From Candidatus Parcubacteria bacterium (GTDB lineage: Bacteria; Patescibacteriota; Minisyncoccia; Phycocordibacterales; UBA918), in assembly GCA_046050355.1 (NCBI GenBank), contig JBJOPW010000003.1, forward strand, positions 11,922 to 75,921: a stretch of DNA of 64,000 nt. Reading direction: 5' to 3'. The number at the start of each line of letters is the position of its first letter. The stretch's first letter is position 1. Positions 36,940 through 47,428 of the stretch are shown here, one piece after another. Made by a program: the position numbers and the translations under genes. The notes below the pieces were generated by a model. That model was given only the letters and a program-made list of their open reading frames with translations. It was not told the origin of the DNA and made no database searches.

Positions 36940-39408
36940 CTATTCTGTTGGTGCGGGGTCACTCGCTGCTGGTACCGTATTGACTGGCACCAACAAATCA
37001 CTCTCGGGGACTGTCACCGTTGGATCGACAGTACTGTCAGTGTCATTGGGCTCAGGTTCAGTGATGGGAGTGTTTTGCTGGCCCAGTACCGCCGTGGCTG
37101 ATTCCCCGCCTTCGAGGCGGGCAATAGTATCACCAAGCACCTCATTGGCTGGATTTAGTTCCCGGACAATCCGCAATTGTTCGAGCGCGGCCGGAACGTT
37201 GTCTTCTTTTAGTAATAACAATGCGAGTAAATATCGTGCGTTTGCATACTGTGGATCGCGGGTGATCGCTTCTATAAACGCAGCTTTCGCAGCTCCATCA
37301 TCACCTTTCGCTTGGAGGAGTACTCCGAGTTGGTAATAGCGACCAGCATTATTCGCTTCAAGCGCTAATATTGATTGAGTTGTCTTTATTGCCTCATCAA
37401 TGTTACCAGAAGCAACATCAAGTTCAGCGAGCACACTCAAGGCATCAGTATAATTTGGCTTCTTCTGTAATGACTGCAGTAATAGAGATCTGGTGCCCTC
37501 GACGTTATTTTTTGTTAGCTCAAGGAGAGCTAACTTGAAGTCATAATACGGATTTTGCGGATCGCGGCGGACGGCTTCACTGTAGTCTCCTTTTGCTCGA
37601 TCATAGGCTCCTTCAATTTTTAGTCGGGCGAGCAACTCATAGATATCGCCACGAATTGCCCAATTACGCGCATCACTTGCTCGTTCTTTAATGGCGATAT
37701 TACCGGCCTCGAGGGCGGCGGTCGTAACCGCATTAAATTTTTCTACCTCCGTAGGAGATGATGCTCCGGCAGCGATAATCGTTGCGAGCGCCTCTAGGTA
37801 GTACTGTGCCAAATCTCTCACGTAGCCATCATGAGCATCAAGTGTATGGGCTTTGGCAACCAACCGAGTGATAGTATCAAGTTGTGCGTCACCAGGCGGA
37901 ACCTCAAGGGCGGCATTAAATGTGCGTATACTCAGCACTTGACGGAGTAAGTAGTATTCCACCGCTACTGATAGAACCACAACAATCATCACACCAGCGA
38001 TGAGAACAAACCCCGTACGTGAATCACGAAAGAGATTAAACGTAGCCATTGGCTTGTCCATGAGGATCTCATACGCCACGACAAATAGTCCCGTGGCAGT
38101 AAAGCCAAGCATCAGTATGACCGAACCGGGTACATAGAAAAGTGCAACCAGCCATACAAAGACAGCCACGGTAAAACTGATGGTAGCGATAAAATACCAA
38201 AAATAATCAGTCACCCGCGGACGAAGAAGTACGCGTGCTCCTTGCCATAGCAACAGACTCAAGAAAACCACCCACGCGACAATTGCGAATAAACCGCTCG
38301 TCACAAACCAGGTCATGAGGTAACTGCTGCCGGCGTAAAATGGTGTATTCCAAAATAATGTCGTGTTGAGTGATTGATCTTTGTATAGTTGCCAGGCCTC
38401 ATGGAAGTGATTTGGTCCAGCCCCCATTATCATCCGATCATTAAAAACACCTTTGAGGATATCCAGTGTCGCCCCTAAGGAAGGGCGGACCTCAAGGTAA
38501 CTAATACCGGTCTTACTATTGATGTATGCACCGAGAGTGGTACCTCCGATGACGAACAAGATAGCCATGAGACAAGAGATTGCCAAGGCACCAACAACAA
38601 CGAGTGAGGCCGGTTGACCAGAAGAAGCGACTTTTCCGATACGACCTTTGGTCAGGGTAAACATCAAAAGGAGCAAGCTAAAAAAGCCAACTACGTACCA
38701 GGTCATGGTGAAATTTATCACACCGAGCATGACCAGCGACGAAACAATGGTCAGGAGTACAAATACTTCTAAATATCGTGGCAAATTGAGCTGAATGAGT
38801 GAAATCAGTCCAACAATAATGACTAACGTAAAGAAGATTGCTAGATCATTGAAGCTCCCAATAAGGGTAGCCACCGGCGAATTAACCAGCCCAAATGATA
38901 ATATATCAGCGCCGAAGAGTAACCGCGCCACATGGATCAAAGCCAGTATCACCGCTGAGACACACAAGCTACCATACAAGAAAATCACCCCCGACTTAGC
39001 ATCTTTAAACACTCCCATCATCAGCATGATGACCAAACCAACCAGCAAAAAACCAACTGTATGAATCTCAAGCTGACCACCCCAAAAAGCGACGGATGAT
39101 TGTGGCGCTAACAAACCAGCCCCGATACTGATGAACACCACACTACCCCAGGCCAGTAAGAGTGTTGGCACGCGTAGCGCAATTGACCCACGACGTAATA
39201 TGGCAAGACTGTAGGTCATAACCGCTGCCGTGATCATAGCGGCCATAAAGTGTGTCTTTATCGACGGCGTTAGCGCGGGTATTCCCGGCACAAAAAGAAG
39301 CGGTAGTAGTGACACGGCAACGATCAGTAACCCCCGCGTCAGCTTCATAAAAAACCTATACAATCGATCAACATTTGTTGTTTGGGGGGCAAATTGCACA
39401 AAATTCAT
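36940..39408 (-). CDS. O-antigen ligase-like polytopic membrane protein with C-terminal TPR repeats
   Basis: ~12 TM N-terminal half, then tandem TPR-like repeats (YYQLGVLLQAKGDDGAAKAAFIEAITRDPQYANARYLLALLL). Confidence 0.6.
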   Translation of the reverse strand: MNFVQFAPQTTNVDRLYRFFMKLTRGLLIVAVSLLPLLFVPGIPALTPSIKTHFMAAMITAAVMTYSLAILRRGSIALRVPTLLLAWGSVVFISIGAGLLAPQSSVAFWGGQLEIHTVGFLLVGLVIMLMMGVFKDAKSGVIFLYGSLCVSAVILALIHVARLLFGADILSFGLVNSPVATLIGSFNDLAIFFTLVIIVGLISLIQLNLPRYLEVFVLLTIVSSLVMLGVINFTMTWYVVGFFSLLLLMFTLTKGRIGKVASSGQPASLVVVGALAISCLMAILFVIGGTTLGAYINSKTGISYLEVRPSLGATLDILKGVFNDRMIMGAGPNHFHEAWQLYKDQSLNTTLFWNTPFYAGSSYLMTWFVTSGLFAIVAWVVFLSLLLWQGARVLLRPRVTDYFWYFIATISFTVAVFVWLVALFYVPGSVILMLGFTATGLFVVAYEILMDKPMATFNLFRDSRTGFVLIAGVMIVVVLSVAVEYYLLRQVLSIRTFNAALEVPPGDAQLDTITRLVAKAHTLDAHDGYVRDLAQYYLEALATIIAAGASSPTEVEKFNAVTTAALEAGNIAIKERASDARNWAIRGDIYELLARLKIEGAYDRAKGDYSEAVRRDPQNPYYDFKLALLELTKNNVEGTRSLLLQSLQKKPNYTDALSVLAELDVASGNIDEAIKTTQSILALEANNAGRYYQLGVLLQAKGDDGAAKAAFIEAITRDPQYANARYLLALLLLKEDNVPAALEQLRIVRELNPANEVLGDTIARLEGGESATAVLGQQNTPITEPEPNDTDSTVDPTVTVPESDLLVPVNTVPAASDPAPTE

Positions 39409-39547
39409 ATGACAAAAAAGACTACCATTACCTCAGGCATACGCTAATCATAGCATAAAAAATGCCTTATCTTTATTACTACGGATAAGATTTGTACATA
39501 AATGAAAGCAGTGTGTACTGGTTTTTGTGCTGTGCTCCGTAGTAACT

Positions 39548-40066
39548 CTAATTTGATTGGTTGAAAATCGACATATCTAGTGAGTCACCAGCACTAATCC
39601 CAGCTAGCGCAAATAGTCCAGGAATAGTCTCGATAACATACCGGGCTGGTGCTGAGGGACTAAACGACGCGGGGTAGGTATCGGGCGAAATATTGGCTGC
39701 AATATGGGTAACGGTACCAGAAGCCGTTACCCAGATAATATCAATTGGATAGGCCATATCCTTCATCCAAAATGACCACCGCTCGTCAGTCGAAAAGACA
39801 AACACCTTGACGATATCTGGCGGCAACGCTGAAGTGTTCGACAAACCTAGTGAACGTTCAGTCTCGGTGGTGGCGAGCGATGCATACACCACCTTATCCC
39901 CGAGTGTCCATGGTACCAGTGGTTCGAAGTAGCTTCGAGTGGTCGTGGTCGCTATCGGTTTTGGCATCGGCTCTGAAACTGCTGGCGGGGCATTACGTAC
40001 TATAAGCAAGAGTACCAATCCACCACACACGAAGGTGAGGAGCAATAGCTTAAAAGAAGCGGACAT
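39548..40066 (-). CDS. DUF192-domain protein
   Basis: Signal/TM then the PIDIIWV...G.V motif typical of DUF192. Confidence 0.5.
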   Translation of the reverse strand: MSASFKLLLLTFVCGGLVLLLIVRNAPPAVSEPMPKPIATTTTRSYFEPLVPWTLGDKVVYASLATTETERSLGLSNTSALPPDIVKVFVFSTDERWSFWMKDMAYPIDIIWVTASGTVTHIAANISPDTYPASFSPSAPARYVIETIPGLFALAGISAGDSLDMSIFNQSN

Positions 40067-40454
40067 ACAAGAGATATGTCACTACCGATACTGACATACC
40101 AAGGATTGTCCCCCACGCCATATCGACGAGCGTTATCGATAGCGGCCAACCACGTAAGGTAGCGAGGTTAGTGAGATCATACGTCGCGTACGTAAAGAAA
40201 CCGAAGAGAGCACCGTAGATGAACGCGTATTGCCACTCGCCTTTTACTGCCGCTGGGTAAATAGCGAAGATAACGAGACCAACGAGAAACACCAGATAAA
40301 AGATAATGGCGGCCGTCCAATTGATATCCCCCATGATGTAGCCAAGTTTTTCTCTATAGAAGTTACTGGCTATGAAGCCGAGCCAGACCATATCAATCGC
40401 AAAAAAGATTGGTACTGAGATGAGGTACAACGTCACAAATTGGCTGATATTCAT
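40050..40454 (-). CDS. DUF2177-like integral membrane protein
   Basis: 4-TM small protein. The ATG at 40454 is preferred because the annotated longer start crosses terminator hairpin 40470-40500. Confidence 0.5.
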   Translation of the reverse strand: MNISQFVTLYLISVPIFFAIDMVWLGFIASNFYREKLGYIMGDINWTAAIIFYLVFLVGLVIFAIYPAAVKGEWQYAFIYGALFGFFTYATYDLTNLATLRGWPLSITLVDMAWGTILGMSVSVVTYLLYVRFF

Positions 40455-40533
40455 ATACCCCAAGTATATCACGCGCCATACACAAAAACCGCCCACTACT
40501 TCGGACGGTTTTCGCGAAAACACGGTAAAGGCT

Positions 40534-41406
40534 TTACGGTTTTTTGATTGACTCAAGCATTGCCGCCACCCCAGCTAAATCTTTGTTGGTACCAGCATCA
40601 AGAATGATGGTATTGCCGTGAGCGGCCGCACTGGTGATGGTATCAAGGCGATTGGTATCAGAAAGGAGTTGAATCGATTGTTCAGTTGAAAGTCCAGCAT
40701 TTTGCATCGTCCGCATCGCTTCCTCAAGACCACGAGCAATCGCTTCACGCATCTCTGCCATACCCTCACCTTGGAGCTTCTTACTCTCCGCCTCAGCCTG
40801 CGCTGCGCCGACGAGCTTGATACGCTGTGCTTCAGCTTCGTTGCGAGCAGCTTCCATGAGACGCTTACTCGCAATCACTTGATTGAAGGCATCGCGCACT
40901 TCAGCACTGGGCTGTGGTTCGTCTACCAGTACATTTTCGATGATGTACCCAAAGCGAGCAAACTGCGCTGAGAGTGCCGACTGGACTTCTTGCTCGACCG
41001 CATCGCGGTTGGCGTAGAGGTCGGTCATCTCCATCCCCGAAGCCGTCTGACGGACATTATTGAGGACGTAAGACGCAATCTGCTTTTCTGGGGCCTCCAG
41101 TTCGTAGTGGGCCTTCACTGCTCCCACACCATCATCACTCGCTCGATACTGTACCTTGACGGGCAAGGTCATAAACGCGTTGTCACTGGTCTTCACCGAC
41201 ACATCAGCATGGATTTCTTGAATCTGTAAGTTAACCCGCGCCACAATAGCGGTAATAGGCCACGGGGCTTTGACATGGAGGCCCGGAAAAACCGCCTGCG
41301 GATGTGGTCGACCAAAGGTTTCGAGAATCGCGGCCGTCTTCCCTCGCACCACATAGAGCATGGACGGGAGGAGTAAGAGCACCAGAACGAGAATAATCCA
41401 AAACAT
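40534..41406 (-). CDS. SPFH/band-7 (stomatin/prohibitin-like) membrane protein
   Basis: N-terminal TM, SPFH domain pattern, C-terminal Ala/Glu-rich coiled-coil. Confidence 0.8.
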   Translation of the reverse strand: MFWIILVLVLLLLPSMLYVVRGKTAAILETFGRPHPQAVFPGLHVKAPWPITAIVARVNLQIQEIHADVSVKTSDNAFMTLPVKVQYRASDDGVGAVKAHYELEAPEKQIASYVLNNVRQTASGMEMTDLYANRDAVEQEVQSALSAQFARFGYIIENVLVDEPQPSAEVRDAFNQVIASKRLMEAARNEAEAQRIKLVGAAQAEAESKKLQGEGMAEMREAIARGLEEAMRTMQNAGLSTEQSIQLLSDTNRLDTITSAAAHGNTIILDAGTNKDLAGVAAMLESIKKP

Positions 41407-41475
41407 ACAATTATTGGTTACTAATTAATACTACCAGCATAACGGAAATCTGCCCGGGTGGCTAGGACGACCCCA

Positions 41476-42282
41476 TTACTCGTGAGGTAACTCATCATCA
41501 TCATGGGCACCGGCCCCGTGAGCATGTTCATCAGTAACTGCAAACGCCACCAGTGACATCACCGCTAATCCAATGAGAAGGACCAACACGTGCTTGAGAA
41601 AGCCAACCCGATCACCATGGTGATGGGGCTTTGGTATGAGGTCATGGAGTACCACGTGGAGGAAAAATCCAGCCGCAATAGCGAGGAGCAACACCTCCAG
41701 GTCGTGACTGACAACAGCGAGGTAACTCAGTCCTATACCAATAAAGATGGTGCTTGATACCAGGAAGTTGACGAGGAGTGCTCGCTTTGTGCTATACCCC
41801 GCTTGCCTCAAGACAAAGAATTCTGACACTTCTTGCAAGGCTTCGTGAATAAGAATTGATACCGTCACTGCCATACCAAGCGCTGGCGAGACGAGAAAGG
41901 CCGGTACCAAGATAATACCGTCGCCAATATTATGGACGGCGTCCCCCACAATCAGCTTTCGTGCACTCGTGCGATGGCCATGGTGGTCATGCTCACACTC
42001 GGGCTCATGGTGCTGGTGGGCTTCCGGTAGTAGATACTCGAGTCCCCACGCCAAGACATACCCCGCACCGATAAGGAGGACGGCCAGGAGTGCAGTGTCC
42101 GTGAGCGCAAACACCTCAAGAGCCAAGGCGCCTGAGGTTACAAGGAAGACTCCGGCCGAAAACGACACAAGGTACGACAGTCGCTCCTCAAGAAACTTGG
42201 CTGCTACTTTGTGGGTAAATAAAATACCCGTGAGTGACGTCACCATCACAAGGAGTCCGGCACCAATAATTTGTAGTTCCAT
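41476..42282 (-). CDS. ZIP-family metal (zinc) transporter, ZupT-like
   Basis: His-rich loop HQHHEPECEHDHHGH; HNIGDG and HE..QE motifs in TM4/5. The annotated 42333 start is GTG inside the operator, so the ATG at 42282 is preferred. Confidence 0.7.
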   Translation of the reverse strand: MELQIIGAGLLVMVTSLTGILFTHKVAAKFLEERLSYLVSFSAGVFLVTSGALALEVFALTDTALLAVLLIGAGYVLAWGLEYLLPEAHQHHEPECEHDHHGHRTSARKLIVGDAVHNIGDGIILVPAFLVSPALGMAVTVSILIHEALQEVSEFFVLRQAGYSTKRALLVNFLVSSTIFIGIGLSYLAVVSHDLEVLLLAIAAGFFLHVVLHDLIPKPHHHGDRVGFLKHVLVLLIGLAVMSLVAFAVTDEHAHGAGAHDDDELPHE

Positions 42283-42333
42283 ACAAAAATTAAACGCAAG
42301 TAATTTGCATTTAGCATCATACCAAAACCACAC

Positions 42334-42360
42334 AGCTATTGCAAGTGACTTGCAATAGCT
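42334..42360. promoter_or_regulatory. 13-1-13 perfect palindrome in the divergent ZIP / Fur-family intergenic region (candidate Zur box)
   Basis: agctattgcaagt-g-acttgcaatagct. A TATAAT at 42370-42375 lies 9 nt before the regulator ATG. Confidence 0.55.
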
Positions 42361-42384
42361 GCCACGTCACGGTATAATTTTTAA

Positions 42385-42741
42385 ATGCAAAAGCGCTTTA
42401 GTCAAAAACGTGAAGATATACGCCAATTCCTCGCCGAAGCGAAAGAAGCGCTATCGGCAGCTCAGATAGTAGCTGCTCTTCCCCATATTGACCTCACGAC
42501 GGTGTACCGGAACCTCGACCAGTTCGTGGCTGATGGCGACGTCAAAAAAATCACGCTCGGAGGCGAAGCGCTCTACGAATACCAACCGCACCCGCATCAC
42601 CACGCAGTCTGTGATACTTGTCAGCGGATTATCCACTTCACAGCGCCGGACGAAAAAATAAAACTACTGCTCGGTCTACGAGACTTTACCATTAGCAGTC
42701 TCGAGCTCACCGTTCATGGTCTCTGCGACCACCAAAAGTAG
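42385..42741 (+). CDS. zur: Fur-family transcriptional regulator (Zur-like)
   Basis: Winged-helix N-terminus, HPHHH...C..C and H.LC.H metal sites. Divergent from the ZIP transporter. Confidence 0.75.
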   Translation: MQKRFSQKREDIRQFLAEAKEALSAAQIVAALPHIDLTTVYRNLDQFVADGDVKKITLGGEALYEYQPHPHHHAVCDTCQRIIHFTAPDEKIKLLLGLRDFTISSLELTVHGLCDHQK

Positions 42742-42750
42742 CAGTGGCCC

Positions 42751-44001
42751 CTACAACAAGAAGAATGCCCCTAATCCCAATAAAAAGAGTAGTCCAAATA
42801 CATCGGTAGTGGTTGAAATAAAAATCATTGAGGTAGCAGCAGGATCAAAGCCGAATCGCTTCAAGATTAAAGGAGTAATCGTACCAAAAAAGCCAGCTAC
42901 CATATGCACACCGAGGATACTTAAAGCGACCACGAGCCCCAACCAAAGCGATTGACCCATTATGAGTGATAAGAGGGCAACGATACACCCAATCAAACCC
43001 CCTGTCATCACGGCAGCAGCCACTTCATGCTTGAGTACGCCAAAGCTATCCGCCAGCGACACCGATCCTAAGGTAATGCCGCGTACCGTCACCGCAAAGG
43101 TCTGACTGGCTGCGTTCCCTCCCATACCAGCGACTACCGGTATATAAATCGACAAAAATGTCAGCGCTTCCATCGTATCCTGAAACAAAAGAATGACCCC
43201 AGCCGCCAAAAAGCAAGTAGCGAGATTGAGAACCAACCACGGGCTGCGGTTTTTGAACTTCTTCCACGCGCTATCATGAGGGCGTTCACTACTATCGACC
43301 CCAGCGATACTATACAGTGATTCAGCGGGTAGGTGTCCAAACAGATCAAGGGCGTCGTCGGCATAGATAACACCGAGCACGCTACTATCATTATCAAGCA
43401 CAATCACCTTACGTCTACCTGAACTAGTGATAGTCTCTATAATCTCCCCAACTTCCGCCTGGTACGTGATGGTAGTGACTGGTTGCGCAAATTTGGCTAG
43501 CGAGACATTACTGCGTTCTCTCACCAGTACCCCGATTGGGACTTCGCCAAGCAATTGACCCGCTTCATGAACGAGTATCTCGGGAAACTTACCAGTTTCT
43601 TCATAATGGGCTTCAATGATGTCACCAGCCTCACCAACAGTTGTAGTGGCCGGAATAAACACGTAATTAAAATGAACCAATGCAAACGTTGCTTTGGGAT
43701 GAAAGCGAAGGAAATACTCAACTTTATCCTTGATATCAGCTTTTAAGGCCGAGACAATTTTCCCACGACGATGCGGATCTTTGATGCGAGTGACCAGCCG
43801 CTCGGCCGCCTGCAAATCCATGTGATCAAGAATATCAATAATCTCACGATCGGAAAGCTCCCGTAATATCTGTTGTTGCACATAGGCTGAGACAGATTGC
43901 AAGATAGTGCTCTGCTCACCAATGGAAAGCCCACGCAACAAAGCTACTCGCTCTTGCGGATGATAGGTGACTTGCTTAGCTACTGCGTCGACATCATTCA
44001 T
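42751..44001 (-). CDS. mgtE: magnesium transporter MgtE
   Basis: MgtE N-domain, tandem CBS domains, C-terminal 5-TM MgtE pore domain (GNAASQ). Confidence 0.85.
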   Translation of the reverse strand: MNDVDAVAKQVTYHPQERVALLRGLSIGEQSTILQSVSAYVQQQILRELSDREIIDILDHMDLQAAERLVTRIKDPHRRGKIVSALKADIKDKVEYFLRFHPKATFALVHFNYVFIPATTTVGEAGDIIEAHYEETGKFPEILVHEAGQLLGEVPIGVLVRERSNVSLAKFAQPVTTITYQAEVGEIIETITSSGRRKVIVLDNDSSVLGVIYADDALDLFGHLPAESLYSIAGVDSSERPHDSAWKKFKNRSPWLVLNLATCFLAAGVILLFQDTMEALTFLSIYIPVVAGMGGNAASQTFAVTVRGITLGSVSLADSFGVLKHEVAAAVMTGGLIGCIVALLSLIMGQSLWLGLVVALSILGVHMVAGFFGTITPLILKRFGFDPAATSMIFISTTTDVFGLLFLLGLGAFFLL

Positions 44002-44015
44002 AGAGTCGAGAGTGA

Positions 44016-44972
44016 TTAAATGAGCACTTCAATTTTGGCGTCTTTTTTGAGCGTATCAATGTATGCACTGATCAATTCCTGTTCTTTGCCAAAGCGGATT
44101 TCTTGTTCGATTTGCGGTCGCACTTCTTCGAGTGGCGGGACCTTAACTTCAGGATTGGCAGTGACACTCTTATAGAGAGCAGCCACCTCCTCGTCAGTCA
44201 CAGTGATATCGTCGGTCTTCACTGCACTATCAAGATGTGTCTGAATGAGAATCTCATCTTCAATGTCCTGCATGAGACCGTCTTTGGTAATTTTGAGCTC
44301 TACCATCCGCGCCATTAAAGCCTCTTCCCCACCTTGTGAAGCAACAATTCCTTGGTAACGCTCAGTAATCTGCTCTTCAGTTACTACGACACCAGCATTG
44401 CGAGCAGCTTGCTTCAACAGAGTGCTATTTACAAGCACATCAATCGCTTGTTTTTTGATTTGTTCAGCTACCGCTGGGTCACTCGCATCGGCTCCTTGTG
44501 TGGCCGCTTGAAGTGAGAGCTGCTCAACGTTCTTGTCATAGAGTGACTGTGGGATCTTTTCACCGTTCACTTTTGCTACTGCCGCTTCAGGCATAATGAG
44601 TGCACTTACCTGATCAAAAATACCCGTGTTGACACGACCTTGTTTTTCAAGGAGATAGAGCAGGGCTCCGCCCATCAGTACTACTATGAGAGCTGCAATA
44701 CCGTATTGTTTCAATACTTGCCGGCGAGCCGATGGATTACCAACTGTAGGTGTGGACGTCATCGTGGCAGCGATAGCTGTCGCTCCCAAGTCAGTAGAGA
44801 CAGTAACCGGCGCCACACTCTCTGATGAGGTAGCAGCTACGTTTGTCACCGCGTTAACCTCCCCATCAGTGTGTACCGTGGTACTTGTCGTTGTAGTTTC
44901 TGGCACCTGAGTTCCTGTTGACTCTGGAGTTGTTGTAGTGGTAGTGGTTGGTTCTTGCATAGTCAATAACAA
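44016..44972 (-). CDS. SurA-N/PpiD-like periplasmic chaperone with Thr-rich N-terminal linker
   Basis: TM anchor, T-rich low-complexity segment, then SurA_N-like helical domain. Confidence 0.45.
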   Translation of the reverse strand: MLLTMQEPTTTTTTTPESTGTQVPETTTTSTTVHTDGEVNAVTNVAATSSESVAPVTVSTDLGATAIAATMTSTPTVGNPSARRQVLKQYGIAALIVVLMGGALLYLLEKQGRVNTGIFDQVSALIMPEAAVAKVNGEKIPQSLYDKNVEQLSLQAATQGADASDPAVAEQIKKQAIDVLVNSTLLKQAARNAGVVVTEEQITERYQGIVASQGGEEALMARMVELKITKDGLMQDIEDEILIQTHLDSAVKTDDITVTDEEVAALYKSVTANPEVKVPPLEEVRPQIEQEIRFGKEQELISAYIDTLKKDAKIEVLI

Positions 44973-45045
44973 TCAAATCAATAAGAGCGTAATCGCACCA
45001 AAAAACAGCGCAATAACGGTGTTAGTATACCATGCTCTTTTATGA

Positions 45046-45798
45046 TTATTCTAGCGCACCCCCATGTTCAGTACTCCACGCGTACATTACAATGGCAGCC
45101 GAAGCGGCAGCATTAAGCGATTCGCAGCGCGGATGCATCGGAATAGAAAGTAGTGTATCACAGGCTTCGCGTGTCTTTTCGCGGAGACCATGCCCTTCGT
45201 TACCAAGTACAAAGACCGCCGGCTTGGTAAAGCGCTCTTGGGGCAATGGGACCGCCCCCGCTTCACCAGCCAGTCCATACACCCAAGCCCCACGTTTCTT
45301 TAAATCACTGAGGGTGGCGTTGACATTTCGTATTTCGACAATTGGTATCCGAAACGCCATGCCGGCCGATACTTTGACCACCGTTCCGGTCAGCGGTGCC
45401 TGATTGTGTGGCGGGATCATGACCGCTGCAAACCCACAGGCCGCAGCCGAACGAATGACAGCCCCAACATTATGGGGATCTTGTACCTCACCGAGCACTA
45501 AGATTGCTGTGTCCGGCGTTAGAGTAATAGTTTCGATAAAACGCTTGTATTCCGTCAAAAGTCCGGCCACATACACACCAGCCACCACTCCTTGGTGTAC
45601 CGCATCACTCCGGAGGCCACCCGGGAGACGTTTTTCGTTTAAAAGTTTGGGTGCCACTTTAGCTCGTTCAAATTTGGCCAATAATTTGGCGTCACGAAAA
45701 TCAGCCGCAACGTATAGTTCACGGACCAAGTCAGGGCGAAAACTTAACGCTTCATCAATAGCGTGTTTGCCAAATACGTAGACAAGTTCTTTTTGCAT
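45046..45798 (-). CDS. SpoU/TrmH-family RNA 2'-O-methyltransferase (RlmB-like)
   Basis: N-terminal substrate-binding domain (VFGKHAIDEAL) and SPOUT motifs (LVLGEVQDPHNVGAVIRSA, GNEGHGL). Confidence 0.8.
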   Translation of the reverse strand: MQKELVYVFGKHAIDEALSFRPDLVRELYVAADFRDAKLLAKFERAKVAPKLLNEKRLPGGLRSDAVHQGVVAGVYVAGLLTEYKRFIETITLTPDTAILVLGEVQDPHNVGAVIRSAAACGFAAVMIPPHNQAPLTGTVVKVSAGMAFRIPIVEIRNVNATLSDLKKRGAWVYGLAGEAGAVPLPQERFTKPAVFVLGNEGHGLREKTREACDTLLSIPMHPRCESLNAAASAAIVMYAWSTEHGGALE

Positions 45799-45823
45799 GC
45801 AGGGTAGACTACCACAGCAATAA

Positions 45824-46291
45824 TTATAAACAAGTCATTGCTTTCATACCTTCAACAACTGTTGGCGCGTCTCCCGCTTTGATCGCAGCTACTCGATCTT
45901 TACCAATAGTCTCAATAAAGCAAGCTTCGAGTTCTGGGGTGAGGGTTTTTGGCAACTTGGCTTCATCAATACCAAGTTTTGACAACAGCCGTCGCTGTTC
46001 GGGAGACAACCAATCGGCGGTAAGAGAAGCAGCTGGAGTTGGATCTGATGACTCCTCATTACTCGATACGGTATCGGTTACTGGTGAGTCTGGCACGAGA
46101 GATCCACTAAAATCAATCCCACTTTCAGTTACTTCACCACGAATATTATTGGCAAAATTAATTACCTCATCCTTTGACGGCATGTCGGTATAGACTCGAA
46201 TCAAACTAATAACCACAAAAGCCGCCGCAAAAATACCAACAAATACTAAGACTCCAGCTGTCCATGAACGTTTACCTGGCTGCATATACAT
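45824..46291 (-). CDS. hypothetical membrane-anchored protein
   Basis: 155-aa ORF with an N-terminal TM. Confidence 0.4.
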   Translation of the reverse strand: MYMQPGKRSWTAGVLVFVGIFAAAFVVISLIRVYTDMPSKDEVINFANNIRGEVTESGIDFSGSLVPDSPVTDTVSSNEESSDPTPAASLTADWLSPEQRRLLSKLGIDEAKLPKTLTPELEACFIETIGKDRVAAIKAGDAPTVVEGMKAMTCL

Positions 46292-46360
46292 GACAGTATA
46301 TCAGACCCCAGGAGGATGTCTTCATATATCTATCTGGTATGATATGCATGATACTCCACT

Positions 46361-47401
46361 ATGCCAATTGTTACCCCCCGCCCACCTCGCCGCCTCACTG
46401 GGTTGCGATTCATTATTTGGACTAGTACGTTTTTGATTATCATGGTTGGTATTGGGTTTTTGAGTCTTATTCATCTCAAATCACTCGCACTCACTACGCC
46501 AATAACTAGCGAGGTTGGAGCCCCTACAGACGGACTACCGCCACTTCCGATTGGCGTTGATCCAGTGGCTAAAGTAATAGAAGAAAATCCAGCTGTTGAC
46601 GCTTACATGGCGGACTTTGTCGCGAGCAACCATACAGAACCAAGCCTCACCGACAACTGGCTTAACCGAGCCCTCGCTCGCCTGAGTGAACTTGATTGGT
46701 ACCAAAATCTCGCTACCCCCGCCACTCGTATTTTGATTATTCAATCTGGTGAACGACACGAAGAAATAGCAAAAAATTTCGCTCGCATTCTCCACTGGAC
46801 TGACGAAGAAAAGGTCGCCTTCACCGATCGACTCATGGACGAGGTACCGGCTGTGCGCGACGGAAAACTATACCCTGGTCGCTATGTGGTGCCAAATGAC
46901 GCTGGCCCCGAAGAAGTCGCCATCGCCGTGGCTGAGCGGTTTAACGCTGAAGTACGTACTCGTTATACCGATGACGTAGCCAAAAAAATTCCCCTCAAAG
47001 ACGCACTCATCATTGCTTCTCTCATCGAACGTGAGGCCTATGATTTTACCGATATGCGCTACATCTCCGGCGTCATTTGGAACCGACTCTTTATTGATAT
47101 GAAATTACAAATTGATGCTACCTTACAGTACGCCCGGGGTGAACAGAGTGCAGCCGCTGGTGGTCGGTACTGGCCGGTGCCGCGACCACAAGACAAGTTC
47201 ATTAAGTCTCCCTTTAATACCTATCAGAACACCGGTCTCCCGCCAGCTCCAATCGCCAACCCATCAATTGACGCCATCATCGCTGCCCTCAATCCCCGCG
47301 AGACCGACTGTCTTTTCTACTACCACACCGACGACGGTACCTTCTACTGCAATGCGACGTACGAGGAACATGTCGCTGGTATCAAGCAGCACCTCAAATA
47401 A
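46361..47401 (+). CDS. mltG: endolytic murein transglycosylase MltG (YceG-like)
   Basis: N-terminal TM, YceG domain with conserved LIEREA and NTYQNTGLPPAPIANP segments. Confidence 0.8.
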   Translation: MPIVTPRPPRRLTGLRFIIWTSTFLIIMVGIGFLSLIHLKSLALTTPITSEVGAPTDGLPPLPIGVDPVAKVIEENPAVDAYMADFVASNHTEPSLTDNWLNRALARLSELDWYQNLATPATRILIIQSGERHEEIAKNFARILHWTDEEKVAFTDRLMDEVPAVRDGKLYPGRYVVPNDAGPEEVAIAVAERFNAEVRTRYTDDVAKKIPLKDALIIASLIEREAYDFTDMRYISGVIWNRLFIDMKLQIDATLQYARGEQSAAAGGRYWPVPRPQDKFIKSPFNTYQNTGLPPAPIANPSIDAIIAALNPRETDCLFYYHTDDGTFYCNATYEEHVAGIKQHLK

Positions 47402-47428
47402 AAGAACGGCCAGGAGGCCGTTCTTTTA
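47401..47428. terminator. bidirectional terminator
   Basis: aaagaacggcc-agga-ggccgttcttt. Confidence 0.75.
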
